Counted from the first letter of the whole stretch, positions 24,838 to 39,312 are shown. The stretch: 63,974 nucleotides of DNA, filler included, from Cercozoa sp. M6MM (GCA_040357565.1; 10 parts of 10 records of this genome joined end to end with filler, not necessarily neighbours in it), one strand, 5' to 3'. Translations and numbers: made by a program. Notes: generated by a model not told the origin, from the letters alone.

Positions 24838-27759
24838 GAAATTTCGCAGTTCGCGACAAAAGTTCAAGACCGTCTCATTCAAGTTGAACGAGCCTTAACT
24901 CCACCGCCGCTACAACGCGATGCTGAAACGGTGGAAGCAGTCCGTCACCTCCAAGCGAAACTCGAACGCCTGGAAGCGAGATTGAAACGTCCACATCTTG
25001 ATTCGCGTCGACCATCTCTGCGAGCAAGTATCCGAAGCAATTTGTATGTCGCTCCGACTGCTTTGGACCTCGAAAATCGAATCCTCCAACACGCCAGACC
25101 GCCGACACGTGTCTCTCTCGAAGCATTATCTTTGATAATGGCACGTTTCGACAACATCACGGTCGGTCAGAGCGCTCATCCACTGTCTGACTTGCTGTTT
25201 TACACGATCAAGTTCGTGCGACGTGTCGAAACCGATTCGTTGGCCAGAACTCTTCCAGCCAGTGTCCTCTTCCAAAGATACATTTCGAAATTGCAAGGAC
25301 GTTTGTATGAGCAACTGGTTGACTCATACCTGGCTCATGTCCCAAAGGACAACTCTGGACTTGCCGTAATCTCCTTCAAAGGTTTCGCAGATTATGTGAG
25401 ACAGAACTTGTTCTACTCGCACAATGCGATCGCCGAAGCTCGTGACTACTTTGCACAGCTCAAGTTCACCACAGGTCAATTCATTTCGGTCGAAAATTTC
25501 GCTGCTGAGTACGCATTGCGGAAACACTTCTATGAGACTGTGAACCCTGATTTGAGGAGTACCGTCTTTGCCGCAATTTGAGGAGTACCGTCTTTTCCGC
25601 GAGAAACTCCACGTTTCTCTTCGAGAGTGCTTTGACTTGGAATTCAAGAAACTGCGCAATGGAGACCATGATGATGACTACTCGATTGAGCGTTGCTTTT
25701 TGTGCCTCCAACTCGCTTTTGACCAATGGTCAAAGGATAACCGACGGTCACATCGATCGCCGCAGATCTTCAAAAGATCGACTGCACACTCGTTGGTCGA
25801 CTCTGGTCATGACTCAAAAGCTGCCACGCAGTTCCCTCGAAAGCGAAGAGAGTCGAAAACACCGAAGGACAAGAAACGAAAGATTCAGTGTGGATGTAAC
25901 TTCTGTCACAGTAACACTCACACGATTGAGCGTTGTTGGTACTTGCACCCACACCTTGCTCCTTCTCGACTCCGCGCGCTCTTCGAACGAAAGAAGAAAG
26001 AACTGGAAAAAGTCCTGAATGCACAGCTCGGAATCTCCCAGAAGAATGTCGAAACTGACACAACTGAACCTTCTGTTCATTTTGGCTCATCCGATGAACT
26101 GGTGATTTCTTCCAACACCTTCAAAGGAAAGTTCGGTCACTCTGGTTCCTCTGAATCGTCGGACTCGAAGGAGTGCCACATCTTGTACGACACGGGTGCT
26201 CACATCAAGAAATGGGACATCCTTCTCGAGTCAGGCGCCTACGAAGTGATGCGAAACAAAGACGCTCTTCCACGCTACCGTTCTTTGCCGAAAAACGCTG
26301 ACACAGTTGTGCGCGTGGGTGGAGATCATTCTGGCGCGAAAAACGAAATGCGAGTCCTGGGAGAACTGTCAACCGCCTTACGTGTGATTACGAAGGACGG
26401 TGACACCGTGTCGCTTCCAGTATCCTGTGGAATTGTGCGAAATTTGAATGCAAGCCAAGATGCAATCGCAACAAACCGGTTTCAAGCTCGCTTCCTTGTG
26501 TCTTGTCGCTACTCGTCGACGAAAGATGCGAAGCGCATTGACCACTCATTGCTCTTGGAGAAACCACGCAGTTGCGTCATACCGTTGCTCCAAGATGTGC
26601 CTTCTTACGACTCTGCTGCAGCTTCGTGCCACGCCTTCAGTTTGCTCCCGGTGGCAGCCGCAGTCTGCGTCACAGCGAATCCAATTGTTGTCCCACCAAG
26701 CAACGTGGTCAATCTTCCATTTCAGGTCCGTCTGCCGAACGTCGACACTGTCTTTCCGCAAGCCGCTGACATGCTGTCGTTCGAGCCGAACTCTTTGTTC
26801 AACACAAAGGATCAAGTGAAGACATTGGAGAAAAGAAACACGAGCATGCATCTTCTCTTTCCGAAACCCGAGCAACTGGACGCAACATTGTCGTTCCCAA
26901 TTCTCAACAACTCAAAAGAATCCTTGAAACTTGAACATGGAATGCCAGTTGGCACCGTTCAATGCTTTTTCCTTGAGGACCATGAGTTGCTCTCGTCTGT
27001 ATGTGAAGAACAAGACGAGAACAGCGAAGATGACGTGCAAGATTTACGAAAGCTCGCTTTTCAAGCAGTTTCAGACTTTGTACGCGAAGAACTGAACCCG
27101 CAGGAATACTCTCAGATGGAAAAAGATCTCTTAATCGCAGAAGAGTGGACAAAGCACGACACAAACTGGGCTGAAGACTACCGCTTTGGACTGACACAAG
27201 TTCACAAAGTGATCATTGGCGAAGAAATTGACGATGCTCAGACTGCTCTTGTGACAGCTTTCCTCAGACAATACGCTGACTGTCTTTCGAAACCCAGAAC
27301 AATCCGGTGCCCACCTGTTGACATCGAACTGCTGCCTCATGCTCAGCCTGGTATCACGAAACCAAGGCACCGAGCTCCTGCAGTCGAAGCAAAAGCTGAC
27401 GAACTGTTCGACCAGTATCGAAAGGAAGGAGTCGCTCGGTTCACCCAAAGTCCGTGGCTTAGTGAAAATGTCTATGTCTTGAAAAGTGACGGTAGTATAC
27501 GAGCCTGCACGGACTACTCTGTGTTTGTGAATGCTCGAACCAAGACTGTTGGCTGCGTGATTCCACGAACGAAAGACATTTTCGCCGCGATGAGCAACTT
27601 TCGCATTCTTCTCCGACTTGACGCTTCTCGAGGTTTCTGGCAGATCCCGATTACCAAGAAAGCGCAAGAAGTCTTTGCTTTTCGCACACGGCGAGGCCCA
27701 ATGACGTGGACGCGGTTGGGTCAACAGTCCGATGGTCTTCCAACAGAAGATGAATGAAA
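24838..27759 (+). mobile_element. Ty3/gypsy-type LTR retrotransposon gag-pol fragment, decayed; fills the whole contig, LTRs not seen
   Basis: CCHC knuckle CNFCHSNTHTIERC, protease LYDTGA, RT start SPWLSENVYVLKSDGSIRACTDY...LDASRGFWQIPI...FAFRT in PR-RT order. Frameshifts at ~25551 and ~27718. Confidence 0.93.
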
Positions 27760-27859
27760 NNNNNNNNNNNNNNNNNNNNNNNNNNNNNNNNNNNNNNNNN
27801 NNNTTAATTAATTAANNNNNNNNNNNNNNNNNNNNNNNNNNNNNNNNNNNNNNNNNNNN

Positions 27860-27978
<119 letters not shown>

Positions 27979-29288
27979 ACTTTACCAATTCGCTAGGTGT
28001 AATTTCATGATGCGGAAGTAGCTGCGTTCCCGACCAACCGATGTCTGCAATGACCGGATGTACTTTGCAACACATCGAATCGAGCGAAGAAAAACGCTGT
28101 ACCGTCCGACGCTTCGCTGTCTGACACAGCCAGTGAGTCTGTCGACAGCGCCAATGTATCCGCTGAAACGATAAGAAGAGTGTCCCAAAACCTCATACTC
28201 ATTTCTCACATAGGTAAACATTTGTACGCACCGGTTGTCTCGGCCCCCAGTACTTCGCTGACACTAGGGCCTGTGTCGGGGACGCTACCTGTTACGCTCA
28301 GCAGTAGAGGAGTTAGATCCACTCGAGCGGGACTCGTTGTTCTGAGTCTGCGTATTCGCTGCGGTGCCCTGCCCACTGCAAACGAAAGACTCCCGGTCTG
28401 TGATACCATTGGGTGTCTTGACCTGAAAAAACACACCGACACCGGGCGAAGGTCGTTCAGGCGTGGATTCGGGAGATGAGTAAAGTGACGGCGCGGAAAA
28501 TTGTTCCGGTTCGGGCGTTGATGGCGCGCTCTGGAGTACACAGAAAATTATATTTCGCTCGAGTGCGCACGATGTAAGTTTAAGTTTATACAGATGGTTG
28601 TCGCGACGTCGAAAGTACGTCCCTCGGTGTCGGTGACATCGGAGGTGTCTGCAATGCCGGAGGTGTCTGCACTTCCGGCGGTGTTTGCCTTCCCTATCGT
28701 ATACAACACACCCGTTGCTTGTGCACTTCCTGTGTGGCTGTATCTTTGAGAGCGGTACGGCTAACTCTGCCGGCAGAATGGAGCTCGCAAGTCCTGTCGT
28801 GATTCCTGTCGGGGGAAAGCAATCCGGTTCAACCATTGAAATACAGGCTATGGCGGATGATGGATGGATGCACTTACTTTCCGTTAGTCGTTCTGTTAGC
28901 TCTTGAGGTACTCTCGCTGCACAAGCGAATTGAACTCAAATTCAACTTACACACCAGTAAAACGGCAAAATCTAGAGTACCGAAAGGTCCAGGTCGTTCA
29001 GGCGACACCTCTGCAGAAGTCGAAGGGCCGACAGACACGTCGGGTGTCGAAAAATCGGAACGTGAACTAGGTGTGCCCTGTATGGTTCGAGTTCTTAGAC
29101 AGAAAAAGCACTGCAGAAACAGAGAGTGCTAATCATACATGGATTCGTCCTGGAGGCCGTGGTGCTGTTATACAACATAAACAAGTTATGTCCAGGTTAA
29201 GATATAAGTTTACAGTCGTAGGTACGAGTGATAGAAGGTATCAGCACTCCATGCGGTTCATCGGAGGGGAGCTGAGGCATTGTCCACA

Positions 29289-29737
<449 letters not shown>

Positions 29738-30339
29738 AGTTTTGCAGACCGCACATACATGCCAGGCAGATACTGTACCACGGGCGACGGCGGTGTTGGC
29801 GGCCCTTCTCCGGAGAAGCCCTTCCAAGAGTACAGAGTAGATCCAGAGAAATACAAAGTTGAGTGTATGGGCCTTGAGTACTCGGTCGCTTTCTTCGCTG
29901 TCAGAAGCGCTGGCGTTGACGCCGATACCCGCGCTGAGCTGAACACAGGAAAGCGCATACGAAACACCAAAAGCAGCCCGTTGTTGAGAATTATTTACCA
30001 AAAGAATGCCCACGAGCCCGTATAAGAGCAACCGCGGCATGTTTCGTTGTCACACAAACGAAACGAAGCTCAAGGCTACAGCTCGGTCTTCAAGCGCCCA
30101 AAATGGAGGAAGGAATCTGGGCCTGGAAGGCTGGAGCGCTGGGTAGGGCACTCGGACTTTGGCTTTTTTCGCACATGCGCGTACGTGCGTCTTTGCCCAT
30201 CTCGCATCTATTCACTGCAGAGTTCTGTACTGTACTTTTGCTTAGTTGTTGGTGTCGGCATCAGTCGGTCTAAAACACGCTATTCCGGAAGAGCATCATT
30301 CTATCGAGTGAAGTCTAAAATGAGACAAGAACTGTCTGG

Positions 30340-31050
30340 GTTTCGCAGGGTCGTGTTTGCCAATGTGCAGCATCAGCAACTCCTCCCGAGAAGACGCGAG
30401 CACAGCACGCGGCTTCTGCGAGAGCCGCGGTATCCTCGCCGCAGAAATGGGGTTGTAAATCCAACTACCTCCATTAAATCTACGCGCACATATATATATA
30501 TATATATAATATACATATCCGCATTTTGTCCAAACAGTCGACCCCGCTCGGCAAGGTGCTCAACCATGATCCTAGGGTCCGGCGGCCTGGAGGAAAACGA
30601 CCGCCACGATCACGGCTGCGGGACTGATGTACGAAATTTGAGGCGTCTAACATGGCATGCAAAGGAGCATACGATACGATAAAGAAAAGCGACCAACGGC
30701 GACTCATTTCCCGGTGTTACACTGGGTCGTAAGAAGGACAGGCGTCGAGAGTCGAGAGTTACTGCTTCAAGCCGGCCTGCAGATCGCCCACCACCGTCTG
30801 CACCGTCGGCAGCTACCAACACACCGACGGTCAGTACACGCACACATTAAAATAGAGAGACACAGGTACCGAAGAGCGAGCCGGAGCACACACGGCAACG
30901 TAAGGCGTCTGTCACAAACACACACACACCAGTCATACACCAATCATGTGGGAGGGGAAGTAAGGAAGGATACCGTCTGCAGGAGCGACGAGAAGAGCTC
31001 GGCCACCTCGGTCGGCTGCACCTTCTCCAGAGCGGCCACTGCCGAAACAC
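30340..31050 (+). pseudogene. Possible decayed N-terminal half of a Merlin-like transposase
   Basis: Fragments in shifting frames: GFCESRGILAAEM, CPNSRPRSARCSTMIL, SIR, VGGEVRKDTVCRSDE. They loosely follow the Merlin order GLL / CxxC-M / SIR / IGG..V.IDE. Confidence 0.3.
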
Positions 31051-31892
31051 ATACATGCTGGGGGGGGGGGGNNNNNNNNNNNNNNNNNNNNNNNNNNNNN
31101 NNNNNNNNNNNNNNNTTAATTAATTAANNNNNNNNNNNNNNNNNNNNNNNNNNNNNNNNNNNNNNNNNNNNCCGTCGATGCTTGACGCACAACGTTTGCA
31201 AAGGCACTGGCCGGACACTCCTGCTCAACACACATTTAGTGACATAGGCTACTGTACGTTTTATACGGTGCAGTTCGTCCAGTTGCCTCGCCCAACTTCG
31301 GCAGCGTTGAAGCACTCACTGCTTGTCCATTGAGACACTGAGGTGTGAGAAATCGCTCGGCGAGAGTCACTGTACTAATCCCGCCCTGGCTAGTCTGTCA
31401 CCCGCTTGCAGGTTAGTATCGATGGATGCCAACAAAAATGATATTCGAAAAGGGTCACTGAAATTGAACTGGCTGGAGAAACGCTACCCGTGACAACGTA
31501 ACCCAGTGGATGCACGCAGAAACGCGCGATTTATGAGAAGCAGTCAAACCTGCTGCAAACGCGCTCGACTTGTGGTTTCACGGCTTGTGGGGTTATTGTT
31601 GGAGGCCCTCTTAAAAGTCTTGTGAGTTGCTCGCCATGACGTACGGATCCGTCGACATTCAGTAAGTTGACGAGGGTAAAACGCTGCTGGAGGAAGGAAT
31701 AAAATATGCTATTGCAGGCAATGGGTTCAAAAACGACGCGCGCAGATGGTACGCGCAAATCGGATCCGCGAGAGTCGCAAGGCGAAACTCCGCACAGGTG
31801 TCACCGTTGACGGGGTTTACAATTCCAAGCCTTCCACTTCTGGTATTTCATTTGTAAGTCGACCGTTTTGTAAATTAAGACTATCAACTTAA

Positions 31893-33097
31893 ATGTTGTG
31901 CTCCGAAGACTCGTCTCCGCCAACATGCGCACCGACACAGTGCACGATTACCACTGTCGGTGAGCGCGTGCAGTATCGTAGCGAATTTCAACAGCTACGG
32001 CAGCGCGAGCGACGAAGCGCACCAACTGGATCTCGCGAGAGTGCAGTGGATACCTCTGTTTCGCTTCTAAGCGAGTTTTCACAACGTCTTGACCTCACAG
32101 AAAATAGGATTCGAACCCTCACTGACGAGAACATCGACTTACGGCGCGTGATCGCAGAGCAAGACGTGCTGATCAAAAGGCTCGAAGAGCGGGTGACACG
32201 TTTCGATGGCGGTGGTCGATCCGCGCGCCATACGCCCATGATGTCCCGTGACTACTCAGACAAAGCCTTTCCGGACATGACGGAGCCGTACACTTCCAAC
32301 TCGAGCCAACGTACTCACTCGCGCAACAAGGACAGTGTGATGTCTCGAAGCGATACGTTGAAAGCCGATCGCGAGTCAGCAACAGACTCACTCTCAAGGA
32401 CCAAGGAAACGTATGAGAGTTTGCGCTCTCAGGTAGAAACTGAAAGAAAGCGGGAGAATCCTTCATCACAGTCCCACCCCCGAGCAGCAAGTGCCAGGAG
32501 CATCGATGCCGTGCCCAACTATTCACAAAGATTAGAGAAGGACCGTTCTATGAGTGCCAACTTCCCCAATCGCAGTCAAAGCACGGCGAAGTTACCACCA
32601 CATGCATCTGGAAATCCTTACGCCGCTGCATCCTTGTAAATACATCAATTCATTGCAATATTGTATTTAAATGTCGTTGGTGCAACGGTACAAAACTGAG
32701 TATTTTTAGGCTGGAAGGTGCGTTTCCTGACGCCAAAGAAACGTCAGTCGTTCGTATTGCCTGCTGTCTGTGTAACCGCAAGTTTGCAAAGGATCGCATC
32801 GACAAGCACATGAACGCCTGTCGCAAAAGCAGGCAGAAACGCCAGAAATTCAACATGAAATCGAGTCGTCTCGCCGCTTTTGAGGGCCAAGACCGCACCA
32901 TTGTGCGACAAGCAATGCGCAAACCTCTCACGTCACGCCGCAAGCCACCGAGTCTGTGGCGCGAGAAAAGTCGCCAGCTGCGTGATGCAGCGGCATCCTC
33001 GCGAGAGTACGAGCTCGAAGAACGCAAGAGGCATCAATCACGCTCATACTCCTCTCGCAGCTATCGCCAAGCCCACTCGCACCGCTCTCACCACTAA
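31893..33097 (+). CDS. Coiled-coil + C2HC-type zinc finger protein (zf-C2HC_2, ZC2HC1-like)
   Basis: Exon 1 coiled coil RLDLTENRIRTLTDENIDLRR. A GT-AG intron (~32636-32709) joins it in frame to CCLCNRKFAKDRIDKHMNAC..KRQKFN. Confidence 0.82.
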
Positions 33098-33177
33098 ACA
33101 CACGCTCGTCGGGTAGAGCCGAAGCTTCAAGGCTTTGAAATTGGCAGTTGGGTCGTGACTGCCCGGTTTCAGATTTT

Positions 33178-33297
33178 GAGTTAATTAGTTGACTTAACTC
33201 AATCTGCAGTACTAAAACCCAACTATGTAGTTCCCCTGTCCCAGCACTCGTTCTGGGGTGGTCACTATAGCATGGCCTTAGTCCCCCGCCCTGCTTA
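33178..33297 (+). repeat. Copy of the dispersed repeat, between two convergent 3' ends
   Basis: AAAACCCAACTATGTAGTTCCCCTGTCCCAG..TCTGGGGTGGTCAC..GCATGGCCTTAGTCCCCCGCCCTGCTTA. Confidence 0.8.
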
Positions 33298-33489
33298 CAG
33301 TTGGTTGGAGCCATCAAACCGCGAACTCCTCGTTTAAAGTTGCCTCGCCTCGCCTAAGACATCTTCCGTCCGTAGCGTCATGGTTCTTCAAGGTCGGTAA
33401 CTTACATCAATGTGCTCACAGGGCTAGTAGATTTAAACAGGCTCATTTTGTTCGTCTTCAACTCCGACCTGCGCTGCCGTGCGCTCCCG

Positions 33490-36034
33490 CTAACGCCTGT
33501 AGCTGCTCCGGCGGCGACCGCGACTGCGACTGCGACTACGACTATGACTGCGGCGACGTCGACTGCGACGGTCGCGATCACGCGACCTGCTGCGTCGCCG
33601 ACGATCGTGCGATCTGCGAGAGTGTTGCACGTGTCAAAAGGTAAGCCTTCCAAAACCCAAAGGTGTCGCAGGGACGGGAAGCACCTCGAACGCCGTCGTC
33701 GCCGGTCACTCCTGTCGCCGGAGGGCCGTGGGTCAGCAGGCGTCGAGTGCGAGTGCACGTCCTTACCGAGCCGACGCAATCGATCACCGGCCTCATCGAG
33801 CACCTTGTAGTTGCGCAGGAATTCTCTACAGATGGAAACGCGGGGTGTGGGGGGGGGGGGGGGGTTAGGGGGTAAGAAGTCAGCGATTGAAACAGGAGGG
33901 AGGTACTCTTGCTCGGCAGCGTAGTCCTGCGGCCGCTTCTTGAACTGGATCTGCGTGCCGATGAAGTCGGTGGTGTCCTCGTCGCTGTCGCTGTCGCTTA
34001 CGACGTCCATGATGCCAGTACTCTGTGTTCACGTCATTCATTTTTGACAGACAGACAGAAAGAAACGACTGGCGGAGAGATACCGCATCAATGGTTCCCT
34101 TCTTGCTTTCGTCTTCCTCCTCTCCTGTCGACTCTCGCTGCTTCTCCTTGGCTGCCTGCCGATTCGAGCGCATGCGATCGCGGAACGCCTTCAGCAGACT
34201 CATCGTGCTGCTCGTGCCTTCTTGGGCCTGCTTCTTCATCTACAAGCACGTACACAAAATATCTCATTGTTTGCAGTAAAAAGAGTAGAATGTACCTGCT
34301 CCATTTCCTCGCGACGCTTGCGCAGCTTCTCCTTGACGGCCGCGCTGGGCTCGACTTTCTCCTTCTTCTCCTTCTTTTTCTTCTGCACAAACAATGTGAA
34401 CAAAATCAAACATGCAAAAGGAAGTAAAAAAAAAGGAGACGGCTCGGTCAGCCAAAGGTTTATCTTCAAGGTTTTTATACATGCTGTCCCGCATGCGAAG
34501 TAACAATGAGATTCAGAAGCGAATAATCGTCTTTGCCAGTAACAAATCGTGCTCAAGTGCCGAGCGATTTTTTCAACGAGGAAAACACACCAAATCCATG
34601 TCATGGGTCAAAGCAATTGTATACCTGAGAAAACTCCCGGGCTGGTTCGACAGGCTTAGTCGTCTCTGCAGGCACCGATGTAGCTGATCTGACTGGTTCT
34701 GCTGCCTGAACAGTCGGTCGGCTCGCGGTCTTCTTGGGCTTGGATTTGGGAGTCTTGGGTTTTTCCGCCTCCTGCACCAGTTTCGTGTTGGCGCCGAGTT
34801 TGCGCGGCTTCTTCGCCGGGCGCTTGAAGTCCGCCATCTCGTCCTCCTCGTCGTCGCCAAAATCGTCGCCAAAGGCGAGAAGCTTGCGGTTCTTGACGCC
34901 CTTTAAAAAAGGAGCAGAATGAAAAAACGAAAAAAATCACACTGAGTATATACATATACCTTCTTGGTCGAGCGCTTCTTTTTCTTCTGATCTTCAGTGG
35001 CCTGCTTGGTCTCTTCGCCTCGGATTTGAGCTTCTTTGGCGGCCAATTTGTCGGCACGCGGCTCGCAGTCGTCGAACGGGTTCACAAGCACCTGCACATT
35101 GGCAAGAAATATTGCCCAATATGATGTGAGGACATGATGGTACCACGCAGTCCTTGATCGTGAACGGGAACAACGGCCGCTCGCCGTCGCACTCGCCCAT
35201 GCCGATGCGTTGCACCGTGTACTACCGTGAAAAGACTCGGACATCAAAGGAACACCAATTCCAAACATGGACTGGAGAGAAAGCGCACCCAAGTGCGCGT
35301 GGAGATCACGCCAAAAATCGCATTCTTGCGGTTCAAAAACGGAGCCTTGTTCAGCGTGATGAAAAACTGCGAGCGATTGTCGTCAGCCTAACCAACGCAA
35401 AGCAGTGCATTACTACAGATGTTTAGTGCTTAAACAAGCAAGAGGATAATTCACCTCAGCATTCGCCATAGCCACAAGGCCACGTTCCGAAAAGCGCAAA
35501 CGACCATGGAACTCGTCGTAGAAGGGTCCTCCCTTTAGTTACAAAAGTCTACTGCCTCACACGAGTGCCTTAATTTATAGCAAAGGTACATCCTTGCCGA
35601 CGGCAGACTCGCCGCCCTTTCCCGTGTTTCTACCATGTGGTCACAGGACACGAATAAGCAACCATCCACACGAACAAGACAGGGCAAAGCTACGTAGGAT
35701 CGCCCGACTGGATCATGAAATCTTTCACGATACGGAAGAAATCGCAACCGACATAGTACTTCTCCAGGCACAACTGTTCTCAACCAAACGTACAAGAGAT
35801 ATACACCGCATCACTGTAAATTGAAGAAAGCGTACTTGAACAAAGTTGCGACAAGTGAGCGGCGTTTGTTTCGAAAACAACTCGATTTCAATGTCGCCCG
35901 CGCTGGTTTTCAGCACGACCTGAGAACAAAAACACGCGTCGTCGACCTCATTTTTCAGCCAAAAAACAACATTTGTTTTGCACCTTGCCCTTGGTCGAGG
36001 GAAGCGATGAATAGACGCCAGATGCTCCAGACAT
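33490..36034 (-). CDS. CWC27: Spliceosome-associated cyclophilin CWC27 with RS-rich tail
   Basis: MSGASGVYSSLPSTKGK-VVLKTSAGDIEIELFSKQTPLTCRNFVQ, DEFHGRLRFSERGLVAMANA, SQFFITL, VLVNPFDDCEPR. The last exon encodes RSRSRDRDRRSRRRRSHSRSRSRSR. Confidence 0.92.
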
Positions 36035-36180
36035 CGCGAACGCACACCAAAATCACCCCTGGCAAGCACGGCTGGCCAAGTTTTCTGGCAATACTGTTTT
36101 TAAAGGTGCGATAATGTTCGTTTTTGGGGGCGGAAAGCGAGAAAACTGAGTTTTCGCTCTGTTGCCTGCGACGGCCGCAG

Positions 36181-37509
36181 ATGAGTCATAACGCACGAAT
36201 CAAGCGCAATCAGCTTCGTTCGCGCCTCGAAACTGTGTGTTTTGATCTGCATGTTCAATAATGTTGACAATCCGATAAATCTGGAAAATTCACAGACGGT
36301 GGCGCGCATCCTCGCCAGCACGCCTTGCACAGAGTGGACACTGCGCCAGAAACTGCGACAGCATGTGGGTGTGTTGTTGTTGACCCTGCTGTGTCAGTTA
36401 AATTACCTAGCACCTGATGGCAGAGGACCAGGAGGATGAGTTTGGTCGAACCTCACGAACACAGCGACATCTCGAGTGGTAACCTTGTGTTTTATTGTTT
36501 TCCATCGATGCTTTAGAGTGTTTGTTTCATGTTCAGGCACTTTGACGACGTCATGCTCGCTCAGACACTCAAGAAGGTTAGCATGCAGTTTTCTTAAAAC
36601 ACTGCTTGTGCATGCGACTGTGTATGTATGGATACAGGTGTCTCGGAAAGGTCGTGCGTTGGACGGTAGTGGCGAGGTGCACTTGTTCCTGCGAGACGCA
36701 CTCTACGACGACGACAGTTTGCTCCAATGTGAGTCCCTTTCTTTTTGTTGTGCACAAGTGGGGTCATATGGGCCCGTGTACACAGGGCGCGGTGTGCCAA
36801 GTGCACAACGACGAGGTGCTCTGTTGGTGCGACAAAAGCTGCGCAAACGAGCATCGTGTACCTCTCACCTTGTGTCTTATTCATTGTTTTATATTTGTAT
36901 GCGTGTGTGTGTATGTGTGTATGTGTACGTGTGTGTATGTGTGTGTACATGCAGCATCAGGCACGCGCGCCGCCAATGCCAAGGAGCAGAGTGCACGCCG
37001 TGACTTTGTTCGACTGTACAAGCGACGTGGGCAAGTCGAGCAGCGATTGCTTGAATGCGTGGCGCAGTGCCGCACCGATCCGGCTCAGCAGTGGCCACAA
37101 CTGCGGCAGGAGATGACACAACTCGAGCGAGAACTGCGCTCGCTCATTGAGGTGAGCCCCACCCCGCCCCCTGTTGCTTTAGCTCTTGGATCCGCATGCA
37201 CTCGTGTTTAGAGGTGCCACCAGTTGCGTGTCGAAGTTGCGTGCGATACCCGGCGCACTGCTGGCAAGCGGGTACATCCTCATGTCGATATGATTACCCT
37301 ACTATGGCACAAGTGTAGGGTTGCAAGGTACCAGCGGAGGTGCAGGCTCTGGCGTCGGGTTCCTATGCCTCGTTGTCGACACCCCAGGTACATTCGTATC
37401 CTTTCAAGTATTTAAAGGCTAGTGTCGTGTGCAACTCAAATACACTGAATCGGACTTGCAGGAGTGTGAGGCTGGTATGGAGGTGCCACTCCAGCTCGCT
37501 GACGTCTGA
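36181..37509 (+). CDS. Hypothetical multi-exon protein, divergent from CWC27
   Basis: ATG at 36181 (MSHNARIKRNQLRSRLET), exons bounded by GT-AG, helical segment WPQLRQEMTQLERELRSLIE. Confidence 0.55.
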
Positions 37510-37571
37510 CGTTAACTCGTGCGGCCGCTCCTGGCGTCGAAACCGATGCTATGCGCGTCTACGCTAATTTC

Positions 37572-37650
37572 TTTTCAGTCTACTAAGAAACCAACTCTGT
37601 AGTTTCCATGTACCAGTCCTCGCCTAGGGAGGGTCACAAGCGTGCGGTGT
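37572..37650 (+). repeat. Diverged copy of the dispersed repeat
   Basis: AGTCTACTAAGAAACCAACTCTGTAGTTTCCATGTACCAGTC..GGGAGGGTCACAAG. Confidence 0.75.
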
Positions 37651-38137
37651 TATTGACGTTTGTCGGCGAAAAGAAAACTAAACACTGAGAACGTAGCACC
37701 AAGGCACCAAGCGAGGAAGCAACTGTCGAACGACAACCAACCTCCCAGCAGGCACTGGACCGAGAGGTCCCCGACATAACTTAGACTAGTCCACCACTCA
37801 TAGCAGTGGTGGCCCTGGGTCTATGTCCGTTTGTTTGTTTCGTTTAGTTATCTAGTGGAGAGACGGGAGGACGACGACGGGGACGACTCGACGCCGCCTT
37901 CGACGCCTCTCTACCTGTAGCCCGCTGCCTGCGCTAACCATGAAGTCGACTTCGGTGTCTGGGGAACGTCAAAAGGGGAGTTGTATGGTCCTCCTAAGCG
38001 GGCGGTAACCAAGCTCTTCAAGCACGAAATTCCTTACTAAAATCCAAAACCAGCGATCTCAATTACCTGCATTCCTTTGATCAAATTCTCGCAGAAAACG
38101 GCTTACAAATCCATCAACTACGGCTTACAAATCCATC

Positions 38138-38342
38138 AACTACGGCCGCTCTTGTGATCCACCCCAGATTGATGTAGGGAACTACTTAGTTGGTTTCCTA
38201 TAAGACTCAACTAACTTCAAAAGTCGTCAAGTAGACGAAGCGAGGGAATCAAATGATTCAATCATAGGAGACCAACTGGTTACTTTCCTCAATCTGAGTC
38301 AGTTTGTAACAAGCGCATGGCCGTAGTCCGCCGCCCGCTTAG
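38138..38342. mobile_element. MITE-like fold-back element made of two inverted copies of the dispersed repeat
   Basis: Left arm ACTACGGCC..CTTGT..CAGATTGA..AGTTGGTTTCCTAT is an imperfect inverse of right arm ATAGGAGACCAACT..TCAATCTG..ACAAG..GGCCGTAGT. Confidence 0.65.
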
Positions 38343-38653
38343 GCCATCCAACTTCTGTTCTCGCGCGATATCATTTTCCCGGGTTGTTTTGTTGCGATTA
38401 CCTGCCCCAGTTAGGTAGTGCTAGCGTGGCGGTGCGGTGGTTTCGTCCATTCCGTTCCGCTTCCGTTCGTTGCCGTGCGTTGACTCGTCAGGTGGCACTA
38501 CCCGACTGTACGCTGGTACCCGCATTACGTGCAACACGGCGGTACGCACTCCACGTAGTGACACACATGACGCGAGTTCAGTTTGTAAACTGAATTTGAC
38601 GAGAATAGCTTCTAATTGAGCTGTTTTCTGCGCATCCGCATGCGTTGCTCGGC

Positions 38654-39312
<659 letters not shown>

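Noticed and set aside
25551-25601. Programmed +1 ribosomal frameshift in gag-pol
   Set aside because: Fully explained by a 25-bp duplication, and the element carries another disabling lesion.
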